DNA of 53,036 bases from Phascolarctobacterium sp. (GTDB taxonomy: Bacteria; Bacillota; Negativicutes; Acidaminococcales; Acidaminococcaceae), in the NCBI GenBank assembly GCA_017452325.1, contig JAFTMR010000003.1, forward strand, positions 1-53,036. Direction: 5' to 3'. Shown here piece by piece: positions 40,560 through 49,624 of this stretch. Each line of letters starts with the position of its first letter. Position 1 is the stretch's first letter. The translations under genes were made by a program, and so were the position numbers. The notes under the pieces are model-generated. The model had not been told where the DNA came from. It made no database searches and saw only the letters and a list, made by a program, of their open reading frames with translations.

Positions 40560-41420
40560 ATGCGCGACGATATACATATAATTTTAGATAGTATCTCTGA
40601 TGTTCAGGATACTGATTTGATGAATAATCCTCGTATCCATGTGCTGCGTCTTATAGCGCGTCATGGCAATGAAGAATGGTTTGACGGGGATAAGAGTACG
40701 GCAGAGCTTTTTGCCTTGGTTAAGAAAACAGGCAAATTGCCCACTACTTCCCAACCGCCCATTGGTTATATGATTGAAATGTTTACTGACTTGGTTCGCC
40801 AAGGTAAGAAGCTTATCGTAATCAATTGCGACAGTGTACTTAGCGGTACCTATCAAACCTGCTGTACAGCTGCACGTCAGGTAATGGACGAGGTTCCTGG
40901 TGCTGATATTCGCGTTGTGGATAGTAAGGCAGCGGCTTCTTCAATCTGCGGCATGGCAGTTGAGGCGTTGAAGGCTGCGGATGAAGGCAAGAGCCTTGAT
41001 GAAGTAGAAGCCTATGTTCATAACATGGTTAAACGAACCAAAACCTACTTTACTCTGGACACCTTGGAATATTTGGCAAAGGGTGGACGTATTGGCGCGG
41101 TTGGTGCGCTGCTGGGTAGTATTTTTGGTATTCGTCCCATTATCCACGTTTTACCCGATGGCAACATCATTCCCTTTGATAAATGTCGTACTCGCAAAAA
41201 GGCCCTGAAGCGTTTACTAGAAATTGCTGATGAGCAAGGTCCTATCGAGGAAATCTTTATTCCTAACGCTTTGGTTCCGGAAGACGCAGAATACTTGCGT
41301 GCTGAAATGGCGGCGAAGAACCCCGGTGTACCCATCTGGATTACCCAAATAGGTACTCCTCTGGCTGCGCATCTCGGTCCGGGGGCGATTGGACTTTTTG
41401 TACGTCAAAAAGCAAAGTAG
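40560..41420 (+). CDS. DegV-family fatty-acid-binding protein (FakB-like)
   Basis: YFTLDTLEYLAKGGRIG motif. Adjacent to the FakA-like gene. Confidence 0.9.
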   Translation: MRDDIHIILDSISDVQDTDLMNNPRIHVLRLIARHGNEEWFDGDKSTAELFALVKKTGKLPTTSQPPIGYMIEMFTDLVRQGKKLIVINCDSVLSGTYQTCCTAARQVMDEVPGADIRVVDSKAAASSICGMAVEALKAADEGKSLDEVEAYVHNMVKRTKTYFTLDTLEYLAKGGRIGAVGALLGSIFGIRPIIHVLPDGNIIPFDKCRTRKKALKRLLEIADEQGPIEEIFIPNALVPEDAEYLRAEMAAKNPGVPIWITQIGTPLAAHLGPGAIGLFVRQKAK

Positions 41421-41435
41421 AAAGGTGTTTTATGT

Positions 41436-43064
41436 ATGTTTCAAAATAAACGATATATTACTGGTAAACAAATTAAGGATATGCTGTTAGGCGCTTATCA
41501 CAGCTTTGAGAAAAACTACCAAGTTATCAATGACTTGAATGTTTTTCCTGTTCCTGATGGTGATACCGGTACTAATATGATGCACACTATGGCTTCTGTA
41601 GCTCGTGAACTGAGTGCTATGAGTGACGAATCCACTGCTAGCGAAATTGGTCAAGCTGCTGCCAAGAGCGCAATTATGGGAGCACGCGGTAACTCCGGCG
41701 TAATTCTTTCCCAATTGCTGCGTGGTATTGGTCGTGGTTTAGCAGGCAAAAAGAATGTTAGTAATAATGAATTAGGCAAGGCCTTCCAATATGGGGTGCT
41801 TTTTGCGTATCGTAGTGTTTCCAAGCCGGTAGAAGGTACAATTTTGACAGTTGCCAGAGGCATGGCGAAAGGTGCTTATACCGCAACCCGTAACTGTGAT
41901 GATTTAGAAGAAGTGCTTAAAGAAGCTATTAGAGTGGGCAAGCTGGAGCTGGCAGAAACTCCGGAAAAGCTGCCTGCTTTGAAGGCTGCCGGTGTAGTTG
42001 ACGCAGGTGGTCAAGGCTTGATTGCTTTCCTTGAAGGCTGCTTGGCAGGCTTGCGTGGCGAGGACTGCGCAGAGATTAAGGTTACTCAAAAGGCCAACGT
42101 AAAGATGCAGGCTGAAGATGCAGAGCCTTTGGATTTAGAATTCCCCTATTGCACTGAATTTATCGTAAAAGGTGCAAGCGTAGATAAAAAAACTGTGGTA
42201 GAAGCCTTGGACGGCTTTGGTAACTCTATGATTGTAGCTGTTATCGAAGATATCGTTAAGGTACATATCCACAGCAAGAACCCCGGTAACGTGCTGAACA
42301 CTGCTCAACAATGGGGCACCCTCCACGATATCAAGATTGAAAACATGGTTGACCAACACGAAAACCGTATCTTTGCTGATGAGGAGGAAGCTGTGCAAGC
42401 TAATGGCAAGCGTGCCGGCGTAGGCATCCTTTCTGTTGCAGCAGGCGATGGCATTGCAAAAATTATGCGCGAGCTGGGCGCGGCAGAAATTATCAGCGGT
42501 GGTCAAAGCATGAATCCTCCTGTTGAAGATTTTGTAAACGCTATTGAAAATGGCGAATACGAGCAATACATTATCCTGCCCAATAATAAGAACATCATCC
42601 TGGCAGCAGACCAAGTTAAGAAAATGTTGGGTGTATCCAAGGTTGACTATGTTCCCAGTACCAACTTGGCACAGGGCATGACCGCCCTCTTCCACTTTGA
42701 CCCGGAACGCAGTATGGAAGAAAACACCGTAGTTATGGCAGAAGAAGCTAAGGCTGCTACCAGCGGTGCCATTACCATTGCGGTAAGGGATAGTATTGTT
42801 GGTGGAATGCAGGTTCATAAGGGAGAATACCTTGGCCTGCTTAATGATAAGATTTTCTGCACCGGCTTGAGCATTAAGCAAGTACTGGACAAAATGCTGA
42901 GCGCGGGCGATTACGAGCTTATCAGCATGTACTATGGTGAAGATATTACCAAGGAAGAAGCAGAAGAAATAGTTGAACATTTAGAAGAAATCAACGAGGA
43001 TTGGGAAATAGAGCTGTTCTACGGCGGACAACCCCTTTATCCCTTGCTGTTTTCCATGGAATAA
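41436..43064 (+). CDS. fakA: DAK2-domain protein YloV / fatty acid kinase catalytic subunit FakA-like
   Basis: LNVFPVPDGDTGTNM Dak2 motif, 542 aa. Paired with the DegV gene. Confidence 0.85.
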   Translation: MFQNKRYITGKQIKDMLLGAYHSFEKNYQVINDLNVFPVPDGDTGTNMMHTMASVARELSAMSDESTASEIGQAAAKSAIMGARGNSGVILSQLLRGIGRGLAGKKNVSNNELGKAFQYGVLFAYRSVSKPVEGTILTVARGMAKGAYTATRNCDDLEEVLKEAIRVGKLELAETPEKLPALKAAGVVDAGGQGLIAFLEGCLAGLRGEDCAEIKVTQKANVKMQAEDAEPLDLEFPYCTEFIVKGASVDKKTVVEALDGFGNSMIVAVIEDIVKVHIHSKNPGNVLNTAQQWGTLHDIKIENMVDQHENRIFADEEEAVQANGKRAGVGILSVAAGDGIAKIMRELGAAEIISGGQSMNPPVEDFVNAIENGEYEQYIILPNNKNIILAADQVKKMLGVSKVDYVPSTNLAQGMTALFHFDPERSMEENTVVMAEEAKAATSGAITIAVRDSIVGGMQVHKGEYLGLLNDKIFCTGLSIKQVLDKMLSAGDYELISMYYGEDITKEEAEEIVEHLEEINEDWEIELFYGGQPLYPLLFSME

Positions 43065-43133
43065 GAGAAGCAGAGGCTCCGCAACGCGCGGAGCCTTTAC
43101 TGTATGATTCGAATGTAGTTTGAGGGGAATTGT

Positions 43134-43424
43134 ATGGAAGAGATTATTATTTGTATTACTGTAGGCATCCTGCTAGGATGGTTTGATGTGCTTAGCTACA
43201 AGGTAAAAATGTGGCTGAACAAGCTGTCCCTGTGTTGCCTGTACCTGATGCTGGTTTGCTTGGGAGCGAAGATTGGCTGCGATGCTAATTTGTTGGCGCA
43301 GATAGAAACCTTAGGCAAGCAGTCCCTAATCTTGGGGAGCAGTACTATTCTAGGTACGATGGTGATGTTTTATATTATCATTAAGCTTTTTGCCCGCAAC
43401 TTTGACGCAGAGGAGGGCAAATAG
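43134..43424 (+). CDS. LysO-family (DUF340) membrane protein, small subunit-like
   Basis: 96 aa, three hydrophobic segments, immediately upstream of the larger DUF340 gene. Confidence 0.6.
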   Translation: MEEIIICITVGILLGWFDVLSYKVKMWLNKLSLCCLYLMLVCLGAKIGCDANLLAQIETLGKQSLILGSSTILGTMVMFYIIIKLFARNFDAEEGK

Positions 43425-43426
43425 TG

Positions 43427-44023
43427 ATGGTTTATTCTTTGTTTGTAGCCATCATTGGCGGGATTGGTTTGGGGTATTTGTGCTTTGACGTAAGCGATAA
43501 GCCTACCTTGGACACAGTGCTGATGACGGCGTTGAACTTTATGGTTTTGGTAGCAGGCATCGAGATTGGCGGGAATCGCAAGCTTTTGGCAAAGATATGC
43601 ACGCCTAAGAATATGGTGCTGGCTTTTGCCCTGCCTCTTGGAACTGTCATTGGCAGCTTTGCGGGAGGGTATTTAAGTAGCTTCTTAACGGGGCTCAGTG
43701 CTTACGACTCTATTTTGGTAGCCAGTGGCTTGGGCTGGTACAGCCTTTCCTCTGTAGTAATCAGCACCATGCACAGTACGGAGCTGGGAGCTATTGCTTT
43801 CTTAGGCAATATGCTGCGGGAGGTATCCTCTTTCATTTTGATACCAATTTTGGCGCGGTGGCATAGGCTGATGTGCTTTGCTCCTGGCGGCGCGGCGACT
43901 ATGGATTCGCTGTTGCCCTTGGTAATCAACTCTGCAGGTATGCATACAGGTATGTTCTCTTTCATCAACGGGCTAGTGTTGTCCTTGCTTGTTCCTGTGT
44001 TCTTGTCGTTGCTGTTGAGTTAA
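43427..44023 (+). CDS. LysO-family (DUF340) lysine-exporter-like membrane protein
   Basis: About 198 aa, polytopic. The GLGWYSLSSVVIS and GGAATMDSLLP segments resemble DUF340/LysO. Confidence 0.65.
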   Translation: MVYSLFVAIIGGIGLGYLCFDVSDKPTLDTVLMTALNFMVLVAGIEIGGNRKLLAKICTPKNMVLAFALPLGTVIGSFAGGYLSSFLTGLSAYDSILVASGLGWYSLSSVVISTMHSTELGAIAFLGNMLREVSSFILIPILARWHRLMCFAPGGAATMDSLLPLVINSAGMHTGMFSFINGLVLSLLVPVFLSLLLS

Positions 44024-44061
44024 AGGGTATAGTGGAAAATGTTTGCTGTTCATAAAATACG

Positions 44062-44090
44062 TTGACACTATAATCAAAAACAGGTACAAT
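44062..44090 (+). promoter_or_regulatory. Near-consensus sigma-70 promoter with no downstream plus-strand ORF (candidate antitoxin sRNA promoter)
   Basis: TTGACA, 17 nt, TACAAT. Confidence 0.55.
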
Positions 44091-44096
44091 GAAAGT

Positions 44097-44192
44097 ACAA
44101 AAGGCACTACCTAGACGGTTAGCCCTTTAAAAATTGGAAATTACAAAAGATAATCGCCGAGTTTTTCGAGGACTGAGGCGATTATTTTTTTG
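44097..44192 (+). ncRNA. Candidate about 95-nt antisense sRNA, convergent with and overlapping the 3' end of the 30-aa ORF
   Basis: Bounded by the promoter at 44062-44090 and the hairpin ATAATCGCC..GGCGATTAT plus T7 (44150-44192). No ORF. Prediction only. Confidence 0.3.
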
Positions 44193-44274
44193 CTTTGTCG
44201 GAACCAATCATATATCCGATACCGAAGAAAGAAGCGAATGCTCCTAATAATCCAATCAATTCGTTTACAGTCAT
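44182..44274 (-). CDS. 30-aa hydrophobic peptide, candidate type I toxin (BsrG/TxpA holin-like-toxin style)
   Basis: Not in the ORF track. MTVNELIGLLGAFASFFGIGYMIGSDKAKK. AAGGGGG RBS 8 nt upstream, own promoter and terminator. Confidence 0.45.
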   Translation of the reverse strand: MTVNELIGLLGAFASFFGIGYMIGSDKAKK

Positions 44275-44360
44275 GGGCAACACCCCCTTGCTTAATGCAT
44301 AGAGGGTAGCAAAACCCTCTTGCGAGGGCTAACCGCCTGTCATTAGTAGTGCCTAATGAT

Positions 44361-44389
44361 ATTTTAACAAAACATCCGCGAACATACAA
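44361..44389 (-). promoter_or_regulatory. Promoter for the small-peptide mRNA
   Basis: On the minus strand: TTGTAT, 17 nt, TAAAAT, preceded by a TGT (extended -10-like). Confidence 0.45.
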
Positions 44390-44395
44390 GCGAGA

Positions 44396-44434
44396 AACAA
44401 AAAGAAGTTCTCTTGAATAGAGGACTTCTTTTTA
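44396..44434. terminator. Bidirectional hairpin terminator/insulator upstream of the small-peptide promoter
   Basis: GAAGTTCTCT-TGAAT-AGAGGACTTC flanked by an A-run and a T-run. Confidence 0.6.
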
Positions 44435-44436
44435 TG

Positions 44437-44641
44437 CGAATCCCCTACAACTACTTCCGTTCAACAGTGACTCGCGACGCAACATTTTAGTAAAAAATAT
44501 CGTTGCCCACATATTCGCTTCATAGTGCTTCGTAAAAATTTAGAAAGTGCAGCTCAGGATGTGGTCTTAACGATATTTTTCTCGATTTTATTGTTGCTGC
44601 TCGTCACAATCGTTTCACTCAAAGTAGTTGTGAGGGGTTCG
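44437..44641. repeat. 205-bp imperfect palindrome (MITE-like long hairpin)
   Basis: Left end CGAATCCCCTACAACTACTT.. matches the reverse complement of the right end ..AAGTAGTTGTGAGGGGTTCG. The arms remain alignable almost to the centre (shared AAAAATATCGTT, CCACAT). Confidence 0.7.
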
Positions 44642-44704
44642 TTAGATTAAAATGCAGGAGATTTGTTTTGCATGAAGAAATAAAGAGGAAACATATATAA
44701 AAGA

Positions 44705-47191
44705 TTGGTGGGAGTTTTGTTGAAAGGTTTAACTGTAAATGAGGCCTTTAAAATTGCTTTTACAAATATACCCAAAGGGTTAGAATTTAGTTCTAAGGAA
44801 ATAGTTGACTTAGTAAGTAATTTCTATGATGGAGAAAAGAGTAGTATTCTTCCCCGAGATCATTGCTATAATAGTTGGAATAATGGTATCCCTAATATAG
44901 AGTGGTTACCATTGTTTGAGTATTTGTATGATGCAACTGATGATAAAAAGTTTAAATACCTTGGCGAGAACTTTTCTTATGACAGAGAGGTATATCACAA
45001 ACCAAGAAAAGGCGATATCAGATGCATTGGTAAGTGGGATAATGGTGTGTTTAATAAATATGATGGAGAAACAGGATTGGATGATGTATGTATGCTTGAT
45101 AAAAATGTTTTGGAAAGATACTTAAAAAAGTACAAAGAAAACATTGAAGATATAAGGTTTGGAACAGATAGAGAAATTTACAAGTGGGAAGCAGTGGCAC
45201 AATTTCAAAGTGAATGGAATATAGATGCTTCTAACTTTGTAGAAATGTTAGAAAAGGCTTTGGCAAAAACAGAAAATCTATTGACTGTCGGTATGTTTTT
45301 TCCTAAAGGTATGTTATTGGGACTTGCAAGTAAAGAGCCAGAAACAGTTAGAGCAATGTTCAAAGATTTGTATGATGAAAGTAAAGACTTAGAGCAACGT
45401 GTATCCAACTTTATTGCGAAAGCAGATGAATTGCATAAGCGGAATCCAGGTGGGAAAAAGCATTTTCAAGGTACAAGAGCTATTAGTGTATATCTTTGGT
45501 TAAAATATCCAGAAAAATATTATGTGTATCAGTATGCAATTTATAATTCTAATGCAAAAACATTAGGTGCTGATTATGTTATAAAAGGAAATGGAAAGCC
45601 TGAAACAATGATAGAAGGATTTAAATTCTATGATGAAGTGAAGGCTGTGTTGTCTGATGATAAGGAATTAGCAAAATTAAATTATGATAATTCTCTTGAT
45701 GTTTTTAGGGACGAAGCATTAAACACTTTAATTATTGACCTTGGGTTCTATATTTTTAAGCAAAACGAAAATTGGGTGCCAAGTTCAAAAGAATATGAAC
45801 CTAAAATATCTGTCGAACAATGGAGAGCATTATGGAATGATTCAGAAGTATTTGATGATAAATCCAAAATGTTGATGAATCAAATGATGTTTTTTAATGG
45901 TCAAGCTACTTGTTCTCAGTTGGCTGAGAAGTTTTTGGGTAACGCTGGAAAGTTTAGAAGCTATAATAATGCTTTTATGACTTTAGGAAGAAAGGTTTAT
46001 GAGAAAACAAATTGCCCCTTGTATGAAGATGGAGATGGGAAAAATTTTTGGTCTGTTGCTTGCGTGTATAAGAAAGTAGATAAAAAGAATGAGGAGGACA
46101 TTGCTGGTCAATATATTTTCAAACTTCGTGATGAGTTAGTAGAAGCTTTGCAACAAGAAGGATTGCAATTTGGTGGAGCTAATGTGGATATTCCTGTTAG
46201 TGGAGGAAGTGTTATGCCTAAACATCCTAAAAACTTAATCTTATATGGACCGCCTGGTACTGGTAAAACTTATAATACAGTAAATTATGCGGTGGCAATT
46301 ATAGAAAATAAAACTATTGAGGAAATTGCCCAAGAAGAACGAAGGGCAATACTGGATAGATATAACAAATACAAGAATGATGGACAAATTGAGTTCTGTA
46401 CTTTCCATCAGTCTTTTGGATATGAAGAGTTTATTGAAGGTATTAAGCCAGTAGTAGAAAATGGCAATGTGGTTTATAAAGTGCAGGATGGTGTGTTTAA
46501 AGACTTTTGTGAGAAAGAAGTAAGCGATGTGCCAGTGAATAAAGTTTTTATCATCGACGAAATCAATCGTGGTAATATCTCCAAAATTTTTGGTGAACTG
46601 ATTACTTTGATTGAAGACAGCAAGCGCATTGGTGCTGATGAAGAAATGCGTGCTCGTTTGCCTTATTCCGGCGAAAAGTTTGGTGTGCCCAACAATGTTT
46701 ATCTGCTTGGCACAATGAATACCGCTGACCGTTCCATTGCCTTGATTGATACAGCATTAAGACGCAGATTTAAATTTGTGGAAATGCAACCTGATGTTGA
46801 GTTGCTGAAGGGAATTGAAGTAGAAGGCGTTAGAATCAAAGAGCTTCTTGAAATGATTAACAAAAGAATTGAAGTTTTGTATGACCGCGAGCATACCATC
46901 GGACATTCTTTCTTTATGGGATTGAATAATGCTTCAACCATTGCAGATTTGGCAGAGGTTTTTGAATGTAATGTTATTCCGTTGCTGAAAGAATACTTCT
47001 ACAACGACTTTGAAAGAATTGCTGCGGTTTTAGGTGATGATTTGAACAAGAATGATGCTACTGTTAATTTCATTCTAAGGGAAAATGATTACGTTAAAAT
47101 TCCTAACAGCGAAATCGAAGTTCCGCCTGCCTATAAATTTAATTTTAGTGCTTTGGAAAATCCAAAAGCCTACAAAAAGATTTATGAATGA
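44705..47191 (+). CDS. mcrB: McrB-like AAA+ GTPase restriction subunit with a long (about 500 aa) N-terminal region
   Basis: Walker A LILYGPPGTGKTY, FIIDEINRGNISKIFGELITLIE and GTMNTADRSIALIDTALRRRF (the NTAD motif of McrB). No ATG start: TTG 44705 per the track, but TTG 44720 sits 5 nt after GGTGGGAG and may be the real start. Confidence 0.85.
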   Translation: MVGVLLKGLTVNEAFKIAFTNIPKGLEFSSKEIVDLVSNFYDGEKSSILPRDHCYNSWNNGIPNIEWLPLFEYLYDATDDKKFKYLGENFSYDREVYHKPRKGDIRCIGKWDNGVFNKYDGETGLDDVCMLDKNVLERYLKKYKENIEDIRFGTDREIYKWEAVAQFQSEWNIDASNFVEMLEKALAKTENLLTVGMFFPKGMLLGLASKEPETVRAMFKDLYDESKDLEQRVSNFIAKADELHKRNPGGKKHFQGTRAISVYLWLKYPEKYYVYQYAIYNSNAKTLGADYVIKGNGKPETMIEGFKFYDEVKAVLSDDKELAKLNYDNSLDVFRDEALNTLIIDLGFYIFKQNENWVPSSKEYEPKISVEQWRALWNDSEVFDDKSKMLMNQMMFFNGQATCSQLAEKFLGNAGKFRSYNNAFMTLGRKVYEKTNCPLYEDGDGKNFWSVACVYKKVDKKNEEDIAGQYIFKLRDELVEALQQEGLQFGGANVDIPVSGGSVMPKHPKNLILYGPPGTGKTYNTVNYAVAIIENKTIEEIAQEERRAILDRYNKYKNDGQIEFCTFHQSFGYEEFIEGIKPVVENGNVVYKVQDGVFKDFCEKEVSDVPVNKVFIIDEINRGNISKIFGELITLIEDSKRIGADEEMRARLPYSGEKFGVPNNVYLLGTMNTADRSIALIDTALRRRFKFVEMQPDVELLKGIEVEGVRIKELLEMINKRIEVLYDREHTIGHSFFMGLNNASTIADLAEVFECNVIPLLKEYFYNDFERIAAVLGDDLNKNDATVNFILRENDYVKIPNSEIEVPPAYKFNFSALENPKAYKKIYE

Positions 47192-47208
47192 TTTTACGAG
47201 GTATAAGC

Positions 47209-48489
47209 ATGAAAACTTATACTATTTATGAATATCAAAGTTTTGTCTGCAACAAGAGTAATTTACCTACTGGATATAAATCCATAGAATCCGAGAAGAC
47301 CTTTCAAGATTTAAAGCAGTTCATTTTGGAATGTAATGGTAAAAATGGGACAGATGCTTTGGATTTAATGTCCTGTTCCTACAGGAAAGGATTTGGTGAA
47401 GTTATTACAGCCAAGAATTATGTTGGCTTAATTGCTATGCGTTATGGGACTGTAATTGAAATTTTGCCAAAGGTTTCTCAGTCAGATGATTTTAATGCTA
47501 AAAAATTATTGATTGATATGTTGCGAACGGTAAGAGATTTACCATTTAAAGCTTTTAATGCTACGAAGATAGATTATTCACAAGTACCCCTGTTTGAAAT
47601 CTTCATCACTATGTTTATCAACGAAGTAAAGCTTTTGTTGCAGCAAGGTTTAAAATCTGATTACCTTTTACATCAAGATAACGAGAAGTTTTTGAAAGGC
47701 AAGCTACTTTTTGAAAATCATATTAAACAAAATTTGGTGCGTAAGGATAGATTTTTTGTTGAGTACCATCTCTATAATATTGACCGAGTAGAAAACAGAT
47801 TACTGAAAACTACTTTGTGCTTCTTGCTGAAATTTTGTAAGACGGCAAAAAACAAACGTGAGCTACAGATTTTGTTAGATTCTTTTGATGAGGTTAAGCT
47901 TTCACAGAATGTTGATGTAGATTTTACTTTGTGTTCCAAAAGCAGGGATATGAAGGCTTTCGAAAAGGTTTTGCAATGGTGCGAGATTTTTCTGAAAGGG
48001 AACAGTTTTACAAATTCACAGGGCAAGCATCTTGCCACAGCATTACTTTTCCCGATGGAAAAACTTTTTGAAAGCTACGTTGCGGAAAAGTTAAGCAAGA
48101 AATTGTCTTATGGCATCTTTAATGTGCGTAAGCAAGATGGCAAACATCACTTGTTTGAAAAGAAATTTGCTTTGCGTCCGGACATCGTAGTTGAGAAAAA
48201 GGAAGAAGATTTTACCGTAGTTTTAGATACGAAATGGAAACTTCTTTGTTCCGACAGCAGAATTAACTATGGTATCGCTCAAAGTGATATGTACCAGATG
48301 TATGCCTACGGCAAAAAGTATGAGACCGAAAAAGTGGTACTGCTTTATCCGGTGAACGAAAAGGTTACAGATTTGGGAGCTTCCGTCAATTTTCCTTCGC
48401 CCGAAAATGATAACGTAAATGTTCATGTGCGTTTCTTGGATTTATCGCGAAACGATTTCCTTGATGAAGTGGTAGCAGAGTTTTTCTGA
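47209..48489 (+). CDS. mcrC: McrC-like nuclease subunit (PD-(D/E)xK)
   Basis: LRPDIVVEKK..TVVLDTKWK and SDMYQMYAYGKKY. Follows mcrB directly. An alternative start at ATG 47188 overlaps the mcrB stop (ATGA). Confidence 0.8.
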   Translation: MKTYTIYEYQSFVCNKSNLPTGYKSIESEKTFQDLKQFILECNGKNGTDALDLMSCSYRKGFGEVITAKNYVGLIAMRYGTVIEILPKVSQSDDFNAKKLLIDMLRTVRDLPFKAFNATKIDYSQVPLFEIFITMFINEVKLLLQQGLKSDYLLHQDNEKFLKGKLLFENHIKQNLVRKDRFFVEYHLYNIDRVENRLLKTTLCFLLKFCKTAKNKRELQILLDSFDEVKLSQNVDVDFTLCSKSRDMKAFEKVLQWCEIFLKGNSFTNSQGKHLATALLFPMEKLFESYVAEKLSKKLSYGIFNVRKQDGKHHLFEKKFALRPDIVVEKKEEDFTVVLDTKWKLLCSDSRINYGIAQSDMYQMYAYGKKYETEKVVLLYPVNEKVTDLGASVNFPSPENDNVNVHVRFLDLSRNDFLDEVVAEFF

Positions 48490-48503
48490 TGTAGGAGAGG
48501 GAC

Positions 48504-49547
48504 ATGCCATTTTTAATTATTCGTAATGATATTACAAAAATGAATACAGATGCCATTGTGAATACTGCTAACCCCAAACCAGTGGTTGTTACCGGTCTTG
48601 ATAAAGCTATTTATCAAAAGGCTGGTTGGGATGAGCTGCTGACGGCGCGTAAAAAAATTGGTATTCTTGAAGTTGGCAAGGTTGCAATCACTCCTGCCTT
48701 TGCTCTTGCTGCCAAGTACATCATCCACACTGCTGGTCCCGTTTGGCAAGGTGGAAAGCACGATGAAGAAAATTTACTGTGTGCTTGTTATAAAAATGCT
48801 TTGTCCTTGGCGCAGGAGAAGAAGTGCAAGTCTATTGCCATGCCTCTGATTTCCACAGGTAACTATGGCTTTCCAAAAGAGAGAGCTTTTAAAATTGCTG
48901 TTGACGCAATCAAGGCATTCCTTTTGGAAAATGAAATACTTGTGTATTTGGTGGTCTTTGATAAAGATTCCGCACATGTTTCGCAAAAGCTGTTTGCTGA
49001 TGTCAAAAGCTATGTTGACGAAAAATACGTAAAGGCTTCTTTGGAAGATGAATACTGCTGTGAAAAATCTGAGTGTACCGAGTTTAACGTAAGAAGTTTT
49101 GATAGAAGCATAAAAAGCTATTCTGCCAAGACTTATTCTTTGCCGACGGGTACTCTTGCTTGTAACAAGGCAGTGGAAAGAAAATTAGAGGATTTATTGG
49201 CAAATCTTGACGATACTTTTTCCGAAGCCTTGCTAAAATGGATTGATACTAAAAATTTAAGCGACCCTGAAGTTTACAAGCGTACCAACGTGGATAGAAA
49301 GCTGTTCTCCAAAATAAAGAATAACAAAAATTACAAGCCAAGCAAGAATACGGCGATAGCCTTTGCCTTGGCGTTAGAGCTTAATTTGGACGAAACAAAA
49401 GATTTGCTAGGTAGAGCAGGCTATACTTTGAACCATTGTTATAAATTTGATGTTATCGTGGAATATTTCATCCGCAACAAAAATTACGACATTATGGAAC
49501 TGAACGAGGTGCTGTTTGCCTTTGATGAGCAGCTCATCGGTGCGTAA
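48504..49547 (+). CDS. Macro-domain protein fused to a C-terminal HTH-like domain
   Basis: Macro motifs NTDAIVNTAN, IIHTAGPVW and PLISTGNYGFP in residues 1 to about 165. C-terminal SDPEVYKRTNVDRKLFSKIKNNKNYKPSKNTAIAFALALELNLDETKDLLGRAGYTL. Starts 14 nt after the mcrC stop with a GGAGAGGG RBS. Confidence 0.8.
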   Translation: MPFLIIRNDITKMNTDAIVNTANPKPVVVTGLDKAIYQKAGWDELLTARKKIGILEVGKVAITPAFALAAKYIIHTAGPVWQGGKHDEENLLCACYKNALSLAQEKKCKSIAMPLISTGNYGFPKERAFKIAVDAIKAFLLENEILVYLVVFDKDSAHVSQKLFADVKSYVDEKYVKASLEDEYCCEKSECTEFNVRSFDRSIKSYSAKTYSLPTGTLACNKAVERKLEDLLANLDDTFSEALLKWIDTKNLSDPEVYKRTNVDRKLFSKIKNNKNYKPSKNTAIAFALALELNLDETKDLLGRAGYTLNHCYKFDVIVEYFIRNKNYDIMELNEVLFAFDEQLIGA

Positions 49548-49624
49548 ATGTCGCTTGCCATGCGACCACTCCTTTGCTGCAAAGACTTATACTAAAGTCA
49601 ACAAAGCAAAGGAGGTTTCTTTTT

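Noticed and set aside
44141-44389. The 82-aa minus-strand ORF listed in the track.
   Set aside because: It has no RBS. It spans the predicted promoter, leader and terminator of the 30-aa ORF in another frame, and its sequence looks random. The short ORF with an RBS is the better candidate.
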